A stretch of 63,358 bases of DNA, the filler included, from Hausera hauseri (Eukaryota), in assembly GCA_046269625.1 (NCBI GenBank). It is 11 parts of 11 records of this genome, joined end to end, with 100 filler letters (N's around TTAATTAATTAA, not from the genome) between each part and the next. Parts side by side here need not be neighbours in the genome. Positions count along the whole stretch, not along the records: positions 41,947 to 47,337 come from JBJURY010263953.1; positions 47,438 to 51,443 come from JBJURY010825528.1; positions 51,544 to 59,182 come from JBJURY010003680.1; 8 more parts are not named here. The stretch is one strand, 5' to 3'. The notes beneath the pieces are model-generated. The model saw only the letters and a list, made by a program, of their open reading frames with translations, was not told where the DNA came from and made no database searches. A program made the position numbers and the translations under genes. Positions 46,375 to 58,038 of the stretch are shown one piece after another. Positions within the stretch are counted from its first letter, which is position 1. The number at the start of each line of letters is the position of its first letter.

Positions 46375-46486
46375 GTAATACTCAGTGTTTAGCCTGCACA
46401 AATAACCGTTTGAGTGAACAAAGTGAAACGAAAACTGTTATATCCACGTCATCAGACGGGGTGTACTGCCAAACACTGAGTATTAC
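46375..46486. mobile_element. Small MITE with 16-bp perfect TIRs
   Basis: GTAATACTCAGTGTTT (46375) ... AAACACTGAGTATTAC (46486). Confidence 0.65.
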
Positions 46487-46603
46487 ATCTACTCTTGTAT
46501 AACTAATTTTCATAAAAAGCCTGAATAGCAGTTAAGTTCCTTTCCTTGTAAACACTAATATCTCTTTATATTCATCAGTTTTCTAATGTATAGTTTACTT
46601 AAG

Positions 46604-47337
46604 CTGTATACTGAAATCGTTTGTATGTGATGGACGAAAACAGTGTAGTGATGGAGCAGATGAAAAAAATTGCACTGAACCGGGTTTGGCAATATTCTTA
46701 CAAAGATAATATGGTAATTGTTTGTCCAGGAGATGATCAAATTTTAGCCCAGTTTGACAAAACAGAGGGAAAAGTGTTAATGGCTGGTGACAAAATGATG
46801 TATTTTCAGATATCTCTTTCAAGGGTTAGACGTAATGATGAATTCGTCATCTTAATAATATGTACAGTGCATGGAATACTGCAAAAATCTCTATCCACGA
46901 TTCCCCTGTCGAAGTTTCAATTTCTTTCCACCGAACACAACGAGACTATACACTGAATGTCATTTGTTATCTAAAGTCGAAGCGGATGCACCAGATAAAA
47001 TGATGACCATTAACTATCCGGGTGCGTACTACAGCCGGAAGCAGGACTGTACAAATATGTTCAAGTGTAAGAGCGGTCTATGCATAGAAATGGCCAAGAA
47101 GTGTAATGGACAAAATGACTGTGGAGATAATTCCGATGAATTAAATTGCACTGCTGGTACTATATTAATATTGTCGGTATTTCCTTCGTAATTATACCAC
47201 TTACAGTTGCGACTCCGCCTTTTGAAATTCGACTTGCTGGAAGTAAAAATGTTTGGGAGGGAAGAGTAGAAGTAAGATACCAAGGCGAATGGGGATATGT
47301 ATGTGATGATGGCTTTGAAATTAATGCGGCGAATGTT
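46604..47337 (+). CDS. Partial multi-exon extracellular mosaic protein LDLa-PAN/Apple-LDLa-SRCR (Tequila/GRAAL-like architecture)
   Basis: Exons ~46604-46683, 46730-46824, 46868-47156 and 47207-47337 splice in frame via GT-AG: [16 protein letters not shown]; CMEYC...PCRSFNF...CHL; CKSGLCI...[16 protein letters not shown]; IRLAG...[20 protein letters not shown]. Confidence 0.85.
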
Positions 47338-47499
47338 NNNNNNNNNNNNNNNNNNNNNNNNNNNNNNNNNNNNNNNNNNNNTTAATTAATTAANNNNNNN
47401 NNNNNNNNNNNNNNNNNNNNNNNNNNNNNNNNNNNNNTATATACACCCACAGTAAGGAAAATGACCAACCAATATATATACCCACACCGCTCTCATCAA

Positions 47500-49341
47500 T
47501 AAATGAATACATTTCAGCACCAGAAGGATTATCTCTGTCAGATACCCTTATTCACCTTCGTATCCTATAATTACGTCACCACTCAACCCAATCCGACAAC
47601 TATCAACCAGACCATCATTGACGTCATTGCACTAAATCACAAAGGCGAAATTTTATTACAGAAACAAATGTACCCAAACATAAAGTCATTGACTGGCGAA
47701 CACCTTTTACAGGCATAATAGGCGATTTTACCCCAAATTAAATCAATAACGAAGACTTCTTACCCCTCATACAAGATATGATGAAACATAAATTCATTAT
47801 AACAACACAACTAGATCTATTTCCATGCTCATTGAAACTGCTCATTGCTCATACCAATGGCTTCTTCGATCTTAGCCATCATCCTATCGCTACAAACTTC
47901 TGGGCAGACCCAGTACTCATAATTTGCCTAAGTAAGCAATTATAGCACACCACCCCATTCCCATGTATATATCATCGTTAGTACAAGCCCACTTATTTAG
48001 ACAATTGCATAACTACCTAACAAACTCATTTTTTATTGAAGATACTTCTAATTGTATAGATCTTAATAGCATTGAATTAAATCTGAATTACTTCTACTTA
48101 TTTTCAGATCTTCCGAAATGTATGGAATGCCGAGTAATCCTCGATGTTGTGTACCGACTGACATCATGCCTACACATGTTATGTCTATATTGTATAGATG
48201 AAGCCCGATACCAGGCAAATCCAATACCATATTGTCCAGTTTGCAAATCCGATATTAAATATTGCATCCAGCATAACGCCTATCCATCCGATGCCAACCA
48301 ATCCCTACTCGATGCTAAAATATTCGAAATCCTCGAGTCTACTGATCACACCACATATTACTACACCTGGGATGTGTCAACCCTTTTTTCCATTTCATAT
48401 TTCCAAATCTATACATGCAGTTTGTGCCATAAATCCAATAAAAGAGCTTACAGGTTTAGTTGTTGTAATGCCGAATACTGTTCCCATTGTTACCAAATGG
48501 AATCCCACCACTGACACTAGATTTGCAGCATATGCTACATCTGTCCTCAATTTATATATTCATATTTCCACCACCATAGAAGAGCCCTTCTCATTATTAC
48601 TAACACGCCGATTCCCCAGTTACATCCAACAACATACTTCCGATTAGAACAACAATCAACTGCTAGAATCGAATTTCCGATCCACCACTTTAGTCCATCC
48701 ACAATATTTAGACCACCACCAATTGTATTCCAAGTACCCTTACCGCATATAAACATTTTATCTTTATTGCGTCAACAATCATCAATACCACATCCTCGTT
48801 ATCGCTCTGAACAAATCATCAGGCCTTTACCAGCATTACCAATGCCAACACCATCAACGACATCTCCATTACCATCATCATTACAGCAAGACTGGTTCCC
48901 AGTCTTAAATAGATGTCCAATCGACCTCATCGCAGACCTATCCCCACCAGATCTTTGAGCATCACTGAAAATCGTGTTCTACGATCAACTTCCAACTTAC
49001 GAATGCACTATATGCGTTACCGAACGTGCAACTGTGTGGTCCAATTCCAGTGCAACCATAATCTATGCGTGACTTGCTTCAATAAACTTCGATCCCAATT
49101 TCCCCAATCGATTGAACAAAATGACGCGCTGCGAATGACCTTTCAAAACGGCGGCTCATGTCCATACTGCCGTCAACCATCAGTTTATTACCACTTCTCC
49201 TACACATGCGACAACCGCACCCTACGACTATGCCATTGGATCAACCCCGTGAACCATGCGACATTAACAATCAAACGCAGAAACCTTAGCTTTATCGATG
49301 TCAGTACCCAGAGTGATCCAGAGGATCAAATCATTTTTTAA
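47500..49341 (+). pseudogene. Degenerate DEDDh exonuclease-like region followed by three RING fingers
   Basis: RING1 CMEC..CLHMLCLYC..CPVC; RING2 CSLC..CCNAEYCSHC..CSIC; RING3 CTIC..CNHNLCVTC..CPYC. The N-terminal VIALNHKGEILL..P / HKFII / SSLVQA segments resemble the REXO4/ISG20 fold. Stops and a frameshift are present. Confidence 0.6.
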
Positions 49342-51543
49342 AGGGGTGATAAACATTAGGGTTTGTTAATTTAACATATACCAAAGCCGTCAGTCCAAAC
49401 AGAAAATCACATTACAAATCGCAACCAATTTAATTCCAAAATATATGATCCGATTGACAATTGATTTGTGATCCCAATAAAAACGATAATGACTATGACT
49501 TAATACAATTCTATGATCAGTCCAATATTAGAAACTGTGATTGTGTATATTGCTGTAATAATTAATAAACCTTGTATATACATCTTTCTTGCTTCTCGTA
49601 TTGTTGTTAAACCACTGATGGGTATCGCCACCATACATGCTTCGTGAACACAATTTGTTAACCAAAGGCGGTTAAATAAATTAGATAAAATATCAGTAAT
49701 CGAAAATAATTAGATAAAAACATCAGTAATTAAGCAAATAACAAATGGACCCATACCACAAAGACGACTCTATTTTTAAATTAAACTGATAATTTAACTT
49801 GCGTCAAATCAATAGATATAATAATAATTTTATAAAATAAAATTTGGTAATTCATACGTAATTAACAAATTATAGTTAATCTGGAAAATCCAAGAACTCT
49901 CGATTTTCCAAGTCTAAAATTAGTGTATAAATCACACTGATGAAGAAGAATTTAAAAATATCATTTTTGAATTTCATTGGTTTAAAAATTCTGGAAATTC
50001 CAGAATTCACCACGGCAGTATAAAGATAAGCTATCAGATGCAAACAACAGAAATAAAATTTCGAAAAGCGCTAGTACTCTTGCACAAACTCTACGAAAGA
50101 AGATATTGCTGTAGTTAGTTTAACGAAAGTAAATTTTGAATATAAGTTATTCCTAGTATTAAATACCGAAGGATATCAAATTCTCGAAATCAGGTTTCTA
50201 TACTACGAAAATATTCGGCGATTACTGTAAGATACCGATAAGAAATCATATCAAATTTTAACTTGCTTTTTTACTGCCAAAGTATAATGAATCAATCCGT
50301 GAATGATGGATCAGAATTTCAAGAGAACACTCGGGTAGGCTATAATTGATTAAATCATCTATATTATAAGAATCTGAATTTATTGTTTAATTAATAAATC
50401 TTTTATTTCGTCGCCTCAGTCTCACTGTGTATATTTGTCATATCAATAAATATTAGTAAAATGAAATGATTCCTTTAAAACTAATGAATTAGGGATTATG
50501 AATAATTGATTAGTGTTGATTTGGAGCATTTATAGTAACCAGTTCGTTTATGGTTCATATTATTTTTTTAGTTGTCAAGCAAGTAATTTAAGTATGTGAA
50601 CTCGTACCGATAAGTGAATGAATATATACCTCGTCGATGTCTAAAAGGAAGTGAATTCATCACCAGGCCGTATGGTATGATTGTGACTCACAGGTTCATC
50701 TCTGCGATGTGACATAAACTAACGTGAACAACCGATACGGGCACCAGTAAGTCGTTGTCACCCAACTTCATGATATAGAGGTGATAGGTGTGATAGTAAG
50801 TAAACTGAACCGTCACTCATTAGCAAGGACAAGTGAGGAGTACGCCGTATCAAGATATATGGAATGTAACAATATTGTACGGTAAGACCGCATAGAAGAA
50901 TCAGATAATAAGGAATAGACATGAAAGTAAACATCTTAAACAGCGAACACACAGCGAGATGCCCTACGATGATTATCTGAGTGTAATGAATCAGATTGTT
51001 AGATATGACATCTCAACTGATAAACATTAGCGTGTGATGAATAAGATTGTTAGTTATGGTAATTCAATTGATAAGAATTCATTTAGGTGAAACTCCACTA
51101 TTAAATATTCCGAGTAATCAACACTTAATAAATATCTAAATACGATTTTCTCTATTTGATCAACACGTCTTACGGAAATGTGTAAGATTACTACCCATGA
51201 AACTTCATATATGAATCAGGAACGTGATTATTGAATGTAAAATCATCTTAAACGTAGAATAGTATGGAACATACCATTTGTAGTCAGTGGGATTTGACCA
51301 AATGAGTCGCTCATCCGGACGTTTACTAACTGATTTGTGGCAGGCGATTACATTCCCATTTGTTAATCCTTTCTTGTTTGACCGATTTTCATGTCTTCAA
51401 GGTGTGCTACTTACCACTGTCGCAGATGTGCATTTAGAGTCAANNNNNNNNNNNNNNNNNNNNNNNNNNNNNNNNNNNNNNNNNNNNTTAATTAATTAAN
51501 NNNNNNNNNNNNNNNNNNNNNNNNNNNNNNNNNNNNNNNNNNN

Positions 51544-52369
51544 GGGATTATAATGTCCTGCATATCTCCACCAGTAATGTAGTGAATTTTTACCATAGGG
51601 CTGCATGAGCAACCAACTTTCACTACATTAGCTTAATTGAAAATTGTTAAAAGTTTGAAATGTTAGTTATCATTGTTAAAACTGATCTCTAGTCACAAAA
51701 ATGTAAAAATGAATGGTTCAAACTGTATACTAAAAGGAGAATATTACTTACACCTTTTTTTTTCTTCTTGTTGTTCCATTTACATTTGTAGCAACTTTAG
51801 AGGCCTCTATTGCTTTATCAGCACTCACTTCTATAATATAAATAATTAGTTTAAACAGTTCACCACATTATTGTTTAAAAAGTTTACTACTGAATTTTCA
51901 AAGCACTTAGGAAAAATTCAATTTTTCTAGCATTACATAATTTTTTAAACGGCTATCACTTTTAGCAAAAATTAGGTCCACACCGAGCCACTATTTCAAA
52001 AAGAAAGCGTTCTTCGCAAAAAAAATGTTGCTGAAATCAGAAATTTTTAGTGATTTTCCTAATGCGTGTTTGAAAAGTAGTTACATTGTCTTTCTCCAAC
52101 AGAGTTGACCCATTCAAAACATTGTTGTGACTAATAAAGTAGATTTATGAATAGAATTCATATCCTCCCACAGCAAAGGAAAAAAAAATTGTGATGAAAA
52201 ATCAAATTTTTTTTTTTTTTTTTAAACAATTGCAATGAACTAGTTAGACCAAATTAGTAATGGTCCTTTGAGTCTAATAGTTAATGTTCAATTTAAAAGT
52301 TTTATGTTTTAAGTTTAAAAGTAACAGTTAAATTAAAAAATGGGGTCAACTTAATCTCTAATCTCCTCA
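51544..52369 (-). repeat. 3' LTR (truncated by contig end)
   Basis: Starts TGAG immediately after the PPT; matches the 5' LTR copy over ~470 nt. Confidence 0.8.
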
Positions 52370-52467
52370 TTCTTCCTTGGAAATTTGTAGTAGTAACAGT
52401 AGAAGGTTTGAAAAATGAAAAGAAACTATATACAATTATACAATGTTATATGTACAGTCATACAAAG

Positions 52468-55400
52468 TCATAATTGCCCAGTGTTAATTTTACTTCTTAT
52501 AAATTGTTTCGCCTTCACCGCAGCCTTTCTCTTGGGCTTTGTTGTGGTGTCTCTGTATACTCCTGTTGTATGGTTCATTGTGTTGGTATCAGTGTCACTG
52601 AGTGGACCGCTTTGTGTAGGGGAGGTTGCTGATTCTGTATTAGTATCAATAGGTTGCAAAGAGTCTGACCTATTGGTAAGGTCATGATTTTTGCCACATT
52701 CCAAAGGATTCAAAAGAGTAATATCTCTAATAGTCTCCCCCTTAGAGGTTTTCAGCCTGGCCACTCTAGTGACTCCATCTTCTCCTGTTAAAAGTTCCAA
52801 AACTTTCCCCAAAGACCATGATAACCTGGGGGAGTTGTTGTCGGAAAGAAGCACTATATCCCCAATCTTGATACTGTCTTCCCATTCTGTATTGTTGAGA
52901 TTTTTGTGTCTTTCTCTAAGTGAGGTTAAATATTCATTGTTCCACCTCTCCAAAAACTCTTGTTTGCAAATTTGTCTCATAGTCAGACCTTCATTCAAGA
53001 GTGAATGGTCTGGTTCCCATTCCACATCTCTCTCTGGATAGTTTTCAGGTAAAAGATCCTCTGAATACCCCTTAAGTAGTTGGTTTGGAGTTAAAGGTTC
53101 TATGTCATCAATGCTGTCAGCAACATAAGTAAGTGGTCTGTTATTGACAACATTTTCAATTTCCTGTAGAAATGTAAAAAGTTCAAAGAGATCCAAATGT
53201 CTTTTACCAACTGTTTTCCGTAGACAATCCTTTACTGTCTTTATGTTGCGCTCCCACATAGCCCCATGGTGTGGGCTGTGGGCTGGAATGTATTTCCATT
53301 TGATGTTCTTCTCTTGTAGATGATCTAAGACCTCCTCATCTTTACTCAGGTTTTGTAAAATCTTCTCACTACTTTTAAAATATGTAGCATTATCACTCCA
53401 AATAATTTTTGGAACTCTGTTTTTTGCACAAAATCTTCTAAAACTGGAGATGAAGCTTTTCGCAGTCAAATCATTTACCAAATCTAAACTGATGGATCTG
53501 ACTGCAGCACAAGTATATAACACTATGTAGACCTTAGTCACAGTATTATTGAAAGACACTGTTATCGCAGCAGTATAATCAACTCCTGTTGTCTCATAAG
53601 GAGTGTTCAAGGTGACTCTCTCAATGGGGAGAGCTGGTGGCCCAGGCGTTCTGAATGCTCTGGAATGCATTCTTTTGCAAATAGTACATTGTTTTAAGAC
53701 ACTCTTGACTGTGGCTCTGCCTTTTGGAATCCAAAATGTTTTTCTTAGTTCTGACAGTGTTTGTGAAACACCCATATGATGTAATTTTTTGTGAATATCT
53801 GTAATTATCAAATGTGTTATATAGTGAGTTCTTGGCAATAATATTGGATTCTTTGTATCATAAGGTAAAGTTGATTTGTTTATACGCCCTTGACATCTTA
53901 TTACCTGTTCCTGATCTAAAAATAAATTAAGATCTGCTACTAAGGCAGAATTTGTTCGTGTACTTTTATTTGTTTTTGTTAGAAATGCTATTTCCTTAGT
54001 AAATTCTGTGGTTTGTATGTAATGTACCCAATACTTTAAAGCATTACCTGTTTTAAGATTTGTTTTGTTTCTGTTAATTGTTCTAAAACAAGCATTAATG
54101 AATTTAAAGCAATAATTGGTTATTCTGTTAATTTGGTTAATGTCTGAGTATTTTGTAACATCAAACAGAGGTTGTTGTTGCTGTATATTTGTATAAATTG
54201 TATTAATTTTACAAGTTAGTGGGATGTATCCCCATTTTGTTTTGTCAGTTAACCATGAAGGTCCTTTGTAATAAGTTCTGTTGTTTGTAAGTAGTTTATG
54301 ACTAATGCCTCTAGTGAGTAAGTCAGAAGGATTCTGTTGTGTTTCAACATACCTATAATTAATGTTGATATTGGAGATTTCTATGTCATGTAGTCTGTTT
54401 TTGACAAAACTATTCTTACTGTTATGGGACGGTTTGGTGATCCAAACTAAAGCTACTTGGCTATCTGTCCAGATATATGTGTCATCTATTTGTAAATTTT
54501 CTAATGAATTGGAAAGAAAGGTAGCAACTTTTACAGCTAAAGTAATGGCTAACAACTCTAACTGGGGAATGGTTCTCTTACTTTGAATGGGTGTGACCTT
54601 AGCTTTAGCAAATATTAAATTTGCATCATGCTCATTGACAAGGTAAGCACAGCAAGCATAAGCTTTTGCACTTGCATCGGCAAAGATGTGTAATGTATTA
54701 GTTATATCACTGTGACCAGCACATCTAGGCACCACTATGTTTTTTATTTTGTTCAAGTCTTTAGCTAACAGTTTCCATTCTTTCAAGTGTTGCTCGCTTA
54801 GTTTTTCATCCCAGTTTAGCTTTATCTTCCATAAACTTTGTATAAAAATCCTGCTTCTAATTGTACAAGGTAGAAATAAACCTAAAGGATCAAATATCTT
54901 TGATGTTTCTGCTAGAATCTCTCTTTTTGTATTACTTTCTACATTGATATTATAATTTTTGGTAGTGAGAGTATCATACTGGTCCAAATTGTCTCCAAGA
55001 TTCCAATTCATTCCCAATAATTTAACTCTGTCTGTTGGTTGTGAAAGCCCTAACTGTTTATTTTCAATCCTTTCATTCAATGTTGGTGCGTTAGTGACCC
55101 ACTCTGTAAGGTTAAAGTTACCTTGTTTCATAATTTCTCGACTCTCCTCATATAGTTGAATAAGTTCTTGTTCACTTTGTGCTGTGGTGATCAAATTGTC
55201 CACATAAAAACTAGATTTTAAAATGGAAGCTGTTTGAGAGTCAGGAAACCTGTCCAAATGAGCTTGAAGAGTCAAAGCTAATAAACTAGGAGAGCAACAA
55301 GCTCCAAATATTACTACATTGAATCTAAGCACTTTCAATCCCTTACTGGGATCATATGGATCCTTGAACCATAAAAAGCGTAGATTGTCTTTGTCATTTT

Positions 55401-56088
55401 CCTCTTTAATGTAAATACAATGGAAAGCTTTAGATATGTCACTCTGAACAGCAAATTTGTTCAATCTAAATTTTAATAATATATTTACCAAGTCAGAGAC
55501 TAGATTAGGACCCTCCATAAGACAGTCATTTAAGCTGATGTTATTGTACCCTGGTTGACTACAATTGTAGACGATTCTCATCTTTGTTGTGAGAGAATCA
55601 TCCCGGTAAACAGCCCTATGGGTCAGATAATGGCATCTTGTCTTTTTAAAAGGATATTCATGTACTTCTTCAATAAGACCCTTTTCTAACTGTTCATTGA
55701 TAATCTGGTTGTATGATTCTAAGCTATCATTTCTTTGTAATTTGCTATAATTTCTGAAAAGACAAGCCTTAGCTATATAAAAATTATGGTCTAACTCTGG
55801 GCAAGGTGTTTTCCAAGGCAACTTTATTAAATATTTCCCTTCATTGTAGGTCACAGATTGATTGAATTTATCAATCATAATTTGATCGTCTGTAGTTACA
55901 ATATTATCTCTTATACCAATACTTTCTAAGGTCCATAGAAGTTGTACCCCTTTTTCAATTTCATCGTCAGAGTCTAACTTGTCAGGTGTTAATAGTGTAT
56001 TGTTATCTTTGTTCCCAAAAACAGCACTGTGCATTATGTTGTAGATGCATAGAGGTTGTTTTTCTGGCTGTTTTGGGTCTTTAGTATG
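52468..56088 (-). CDS. BEL/Pao Pol: RT-RNase H-integrase (first Met at 56034; open from the UGA at 56091-56089)
   Basis: LPWK, SLNDCLMEGPNL, DISKAF, FGACCSP, YVDN, FDPLG, FADAS, TIPQLEL, WTDSQ, HKKLHHMG..CTIC, GVDY, SDNA, WERNI. Confidence 0.96.
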   Translation of the reverse strand, partial: HTKDPKQPEKQPLCIYNIMHSAVFGNKDNNTLLTPDKLDSDDEIEKGVQLLWTLESIGIRDNIVTTDDQIMIDKFNQSVTYNEGKYLIKLPWKTPCPELDHNFYIAKACLFRNYSKLQRNDSLESYNQIINEQLEKGLIEEVHEYPFKKTRCHYLTHRAVYRDDSLTTKMRIVYNCSQPGYNNISLNDCLMEGPNLVSDLVNILLKFRLNKFAVQSDISKAFHCIYIKEENDKDNLRFLWFKDPYDPSKGLKVLRFNVVIFGACCSPSLLALTLQAHLDRFPDSQTASILKSSFYVDNLITTAQSEQELIQLYEESREIMKQGNFNLTEWVTNAPTLNERIENKQLGLSQPTDRVKLLGMNWNLGDNLDQYDTLTTKNYNINVESNTKREILAETSKIFDPLGLFLPCTIRSRIFIQSLWKIKLNWDEKLSEQHLKEWKLLAKDLNKIKNIVVPRCAGHSDITNTLHIFADASAKAYACCAYLVNEHDANLIFAKAKVTPIQSKRTIPQLELLAITLAVKVATFLSNSLENLQIDDTYIWTDSQVALVWITKPSHNSKNSFVKNRLHDIEISNININYRYVETQQNPSDLLTRGISHKLLTNNRTYYKGPSWLTDKTKWGYIPLTCKINTIYTNIQQQQPLFDVTKYSDINQINRITNYCFKFINACFRTINRNKTNLKTGNALKYWVHYIQTTEFTKEIAFLTKTNKSTRTNSALVADLNLFLDQEQVIRCQGRINKSTLPYDTKNPILLPRTHYITHLIITDIHKKLHHMGVSQTLSELRKTFWIPKGRATVKSVLKQCTICKRMHSRAFRTPGPPALPIERVTLNTPYETTGVDYTAAITVSFNNTVTKVYIVLYTCAAVRSISLDLVNDLTAKSFISSFRRFCAKNRVPKIIWSDNATYFKSSEKILQNLSKDEEVLDHLQEKNIKWKYIPAHSPHHGAMWERNIKTVKDCLRKTVGKRHLDLFELFTFLQEIENVVNNRPLTYVADSIDDIEPLTPNQLLKGYSEDLLPENYPERDVEWEPDHSLLNEGLTMRQICKQEFLERWNNEYLTSLRERHKNLNNTEWEDSIKIGDIVLLSDNNSPRLSWSLGKVLELLTGEDGVTRVARLKTSKGETIRDITLLNPLECGKNHDLTNRSDSLQPIDTNTESATSPTQSGPLSDTDTNTMNHTTGVYRDTTTKPKRKAAVKAKQFIRSKINTGQL

Positions 56089-58038
56089 TCATATGTTGTA
56101 GTTTGTTATGTCTCCGAAAGGAGAAATACCTAGAGGAGTCTGTATAGCAATCCCTGTACCAATTTTTACTACACCCTCATGAAAGAATTGGAGATGGTCT
56201 GCTCCAATCAACATTTGAATGTTGTCGACTGTATCTGTATCTATATGTTTATCTGCAATATTGTAATGTGTTTTCAAGTTATCAATCGTCTTTTTCAATC
56301 CCGGTACATGGATATTTCCTTGTTCCACTTTATCTAAGATAATGGCAGTGATGTTTTGTTCAGAGTCAGGCCAGGTTATGTTTATGTTTGCCGTAAGGTG
56401 TTCCTGGCAAGTCTCCTCATTTGATACAAAAGATGAAATTAACAAAGGTTCCTCTTTATGTGTGATTGGAATGTTTAATCTATCTATTACTTGTTTAGAT
56501 ATAAAAGTGGATTGAGAACAGGTATCTAATAGAGCTCTAATTTCCATAACCTTATCATTATGTTTAACATTGATTGTTATAGTGGGTAGTAGTATGGGTT
56601 TTTCACATATACCATTAAGTGACAAGTGACCAGTTGATAAACCATTGGCTTGATATGTTTTAGGAGTTTGTGATTTGTTTGTGGAACTAGATGTCTTCGG
56701 GTCAGTCTGGGTGTGTGTATATTTAGGACACATTGATGGGACATGAGAGTCAGTACATTTTGTACATTTATATTTTAACACAGTTTTACAGTCTGGTGCT
56801 TTGTGGGAGCTTCCAGTGCATACTGTGCATATGTTAAGAGTATTGCATCTTGCTAATCTGGAAGTGTGTGTCTGATATTTGTCACAATGTGTAGTACTAT
56901 GTGTTAACGCAGAACAAAATTTACAAATATACTGAGGCTTGGAAGTGTTTACGTTAAAATTTTGTAATGAAGTAGGTTTTGCTCTGTTTGTTTCTATGTT
57001 CTCAGGTTTTTTGTAATATTTGTTTGTTTGAGTTAGATTTTGAGTTGGTTTGTTGTATTTTTGAAAATGTGTATTGTATCTTTCTGTACTTTTCTGTTTA
57101 AATTGTATCTCCCAAAGGTCCAAAATTTCTGGAAAGATTTTTCTTAAGTCCTTAAGGGATGGGTAGGTACACTGCAACTTTAATTGTAAATTTTGTTTCA
57201 CATTTTGAGGAATTTTCTCAAAAATTATAGTCAAAATTAACCATGCTGATGAGTCGATATCTAAATCAAAATTTTTAATCTGACCTAATAGACATTCAAA
57301 AGTGCTATAAAATGAATACAGACTTTCATAGTCATCTTTTGGAGGTTTCAGATTCAGAAGTTTGTACGCTAGTTCATAAATTATAAGTTCTTTCTTATTA
57401 AAATTCCTATCTAATTGTTCTAAGGCTACCTGCAATGATTTTCCCTCAATAGGTAAAGACTCTACCAACTTTAATGCTTTACCTTTGAGAAAATTCAGCA
57501 GGTAAGTAAATTTTTCAACATCTGAGTATTGATTTTCACTCAGAATTACATATTGTATCTTTTCTCTGAAAGATGTATATTTTGTTTTATCACCATCAAA
57601 GGGAGCTATCTCCATCGCTGGTAGTTGTATTCTTTTGAGAGACTGGCTATGTAATCCAGAATTACTCTCAGAAGGGAGATTAGGCATCTTCCCCTGTTGT
57701 TCATTTCCTCCTAACTCTTCTAACTTTCTTTTATAACCTATTATTTTTGTTTTTATGTCTCTAATATATAGTTCATGCTCACACATTAAATCTGAAAGAG
57801 CCTCATCAGATATATCATGCAATCTGACATGCTCTGCTTCTATCTCTTTGTCAAATATTGCTATCTCATCTTTCAAACTTATAAGGCTAGATAAATATGC
57901 CTCAAGTTCATCTGCTGTAACTTGAGTCCTAGCATCAAACTGATTTACAGTCTTTGTCAACATACGCTTTTTTATTGCTCTCTTTCTAATCAAACCTTGT
58001 ATTTCTCTTGTATCATTGTTTTCAGTTGAGGTAGGCAT
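56089..58038 (-). CDS. BEL/Pao Gag-protease
   Basis: LPAMEIAPFDGD...EKFTYL; three knuckles CKFC..H..C, CTVC..H..C, CTKC..H..C; aspartic protease ALLDTCSQSTF...LIGAD. Confidence 0.95.
   Translation of the reverse strand: MPTSTENNDTREIQGLIRKRAIKKRMLTKTVNQFDARTQVTADELEAYLSSLISLKDEIAIFDKEIEAEHVRLHDISDEALSDLMCEHELYIRDIKTKIIGYKRKLEELGGNEQQGKMPNLPSESNSGLHSQSLKRIQLPAMEIAPFDGDKTKYTSFREKIQYVILSENQYSDVEKFTYLLNFLKGKALKLVESLPIEGKSLQVALEQLDRNFNKKELIIYELAYKLLNLKPPKDDYESLYSFYSTFECLLGQIKNFDLDIDSSAWLILTIIFEKIPQNVKQNLQLKLQCTYPSLKDLRKIFPEILDLWEIQFKQKSTERYNTHFQKYNKPTQNLTQTNKYYKKPENIETNRAKPTSLQNFNVNTSKPQYICKFCSALTHSTTHCDKYQTHTSRLARCNTLNICTVCTGSSHKAPDCKTVLKYKCTKCTDSHVPSMCPKYTHTQTDPKTSSSTNKSQTPKTYQANGLSTGHLSLNGICEKPILLPTITINVKHNDKVMEIRALLDTCSQSTFISKQVIDRLNIPITHKEEPLLISSFVSNEETCQEHLTANINITWPDSEQNITAIILDKVEQGNIHVPGLKKTIDNLKTHYNIADKHIDTDTVDNIQMLIGADHLQFFHEGVVKIGTGIAIQTPLGISPFGDITNYNI

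Noticed and set aside
49610-49650. CTGATG-containing hairpin (also 15406 and 49937) as a Penelope hammerhead ribozyme
   Set aside because: The required CUGANGA...GAAA core with closing stems is not present.
52261-52278. TGGTCCTTTGAG resembling a tRNA-Tyr PBS
   Set aside because: On the wrong strand and inside the 3' LTR; the positionally correct PBS-like site is 58601-58584.
52415-55159. Plus-strand ORFs overlapping BEL pol, and similar short ORFs opposite L2, GANAB, RhoGAP and Maverick genes
   Set aside because: Antisense or alternate-frame shadows with no recognisable motifs.
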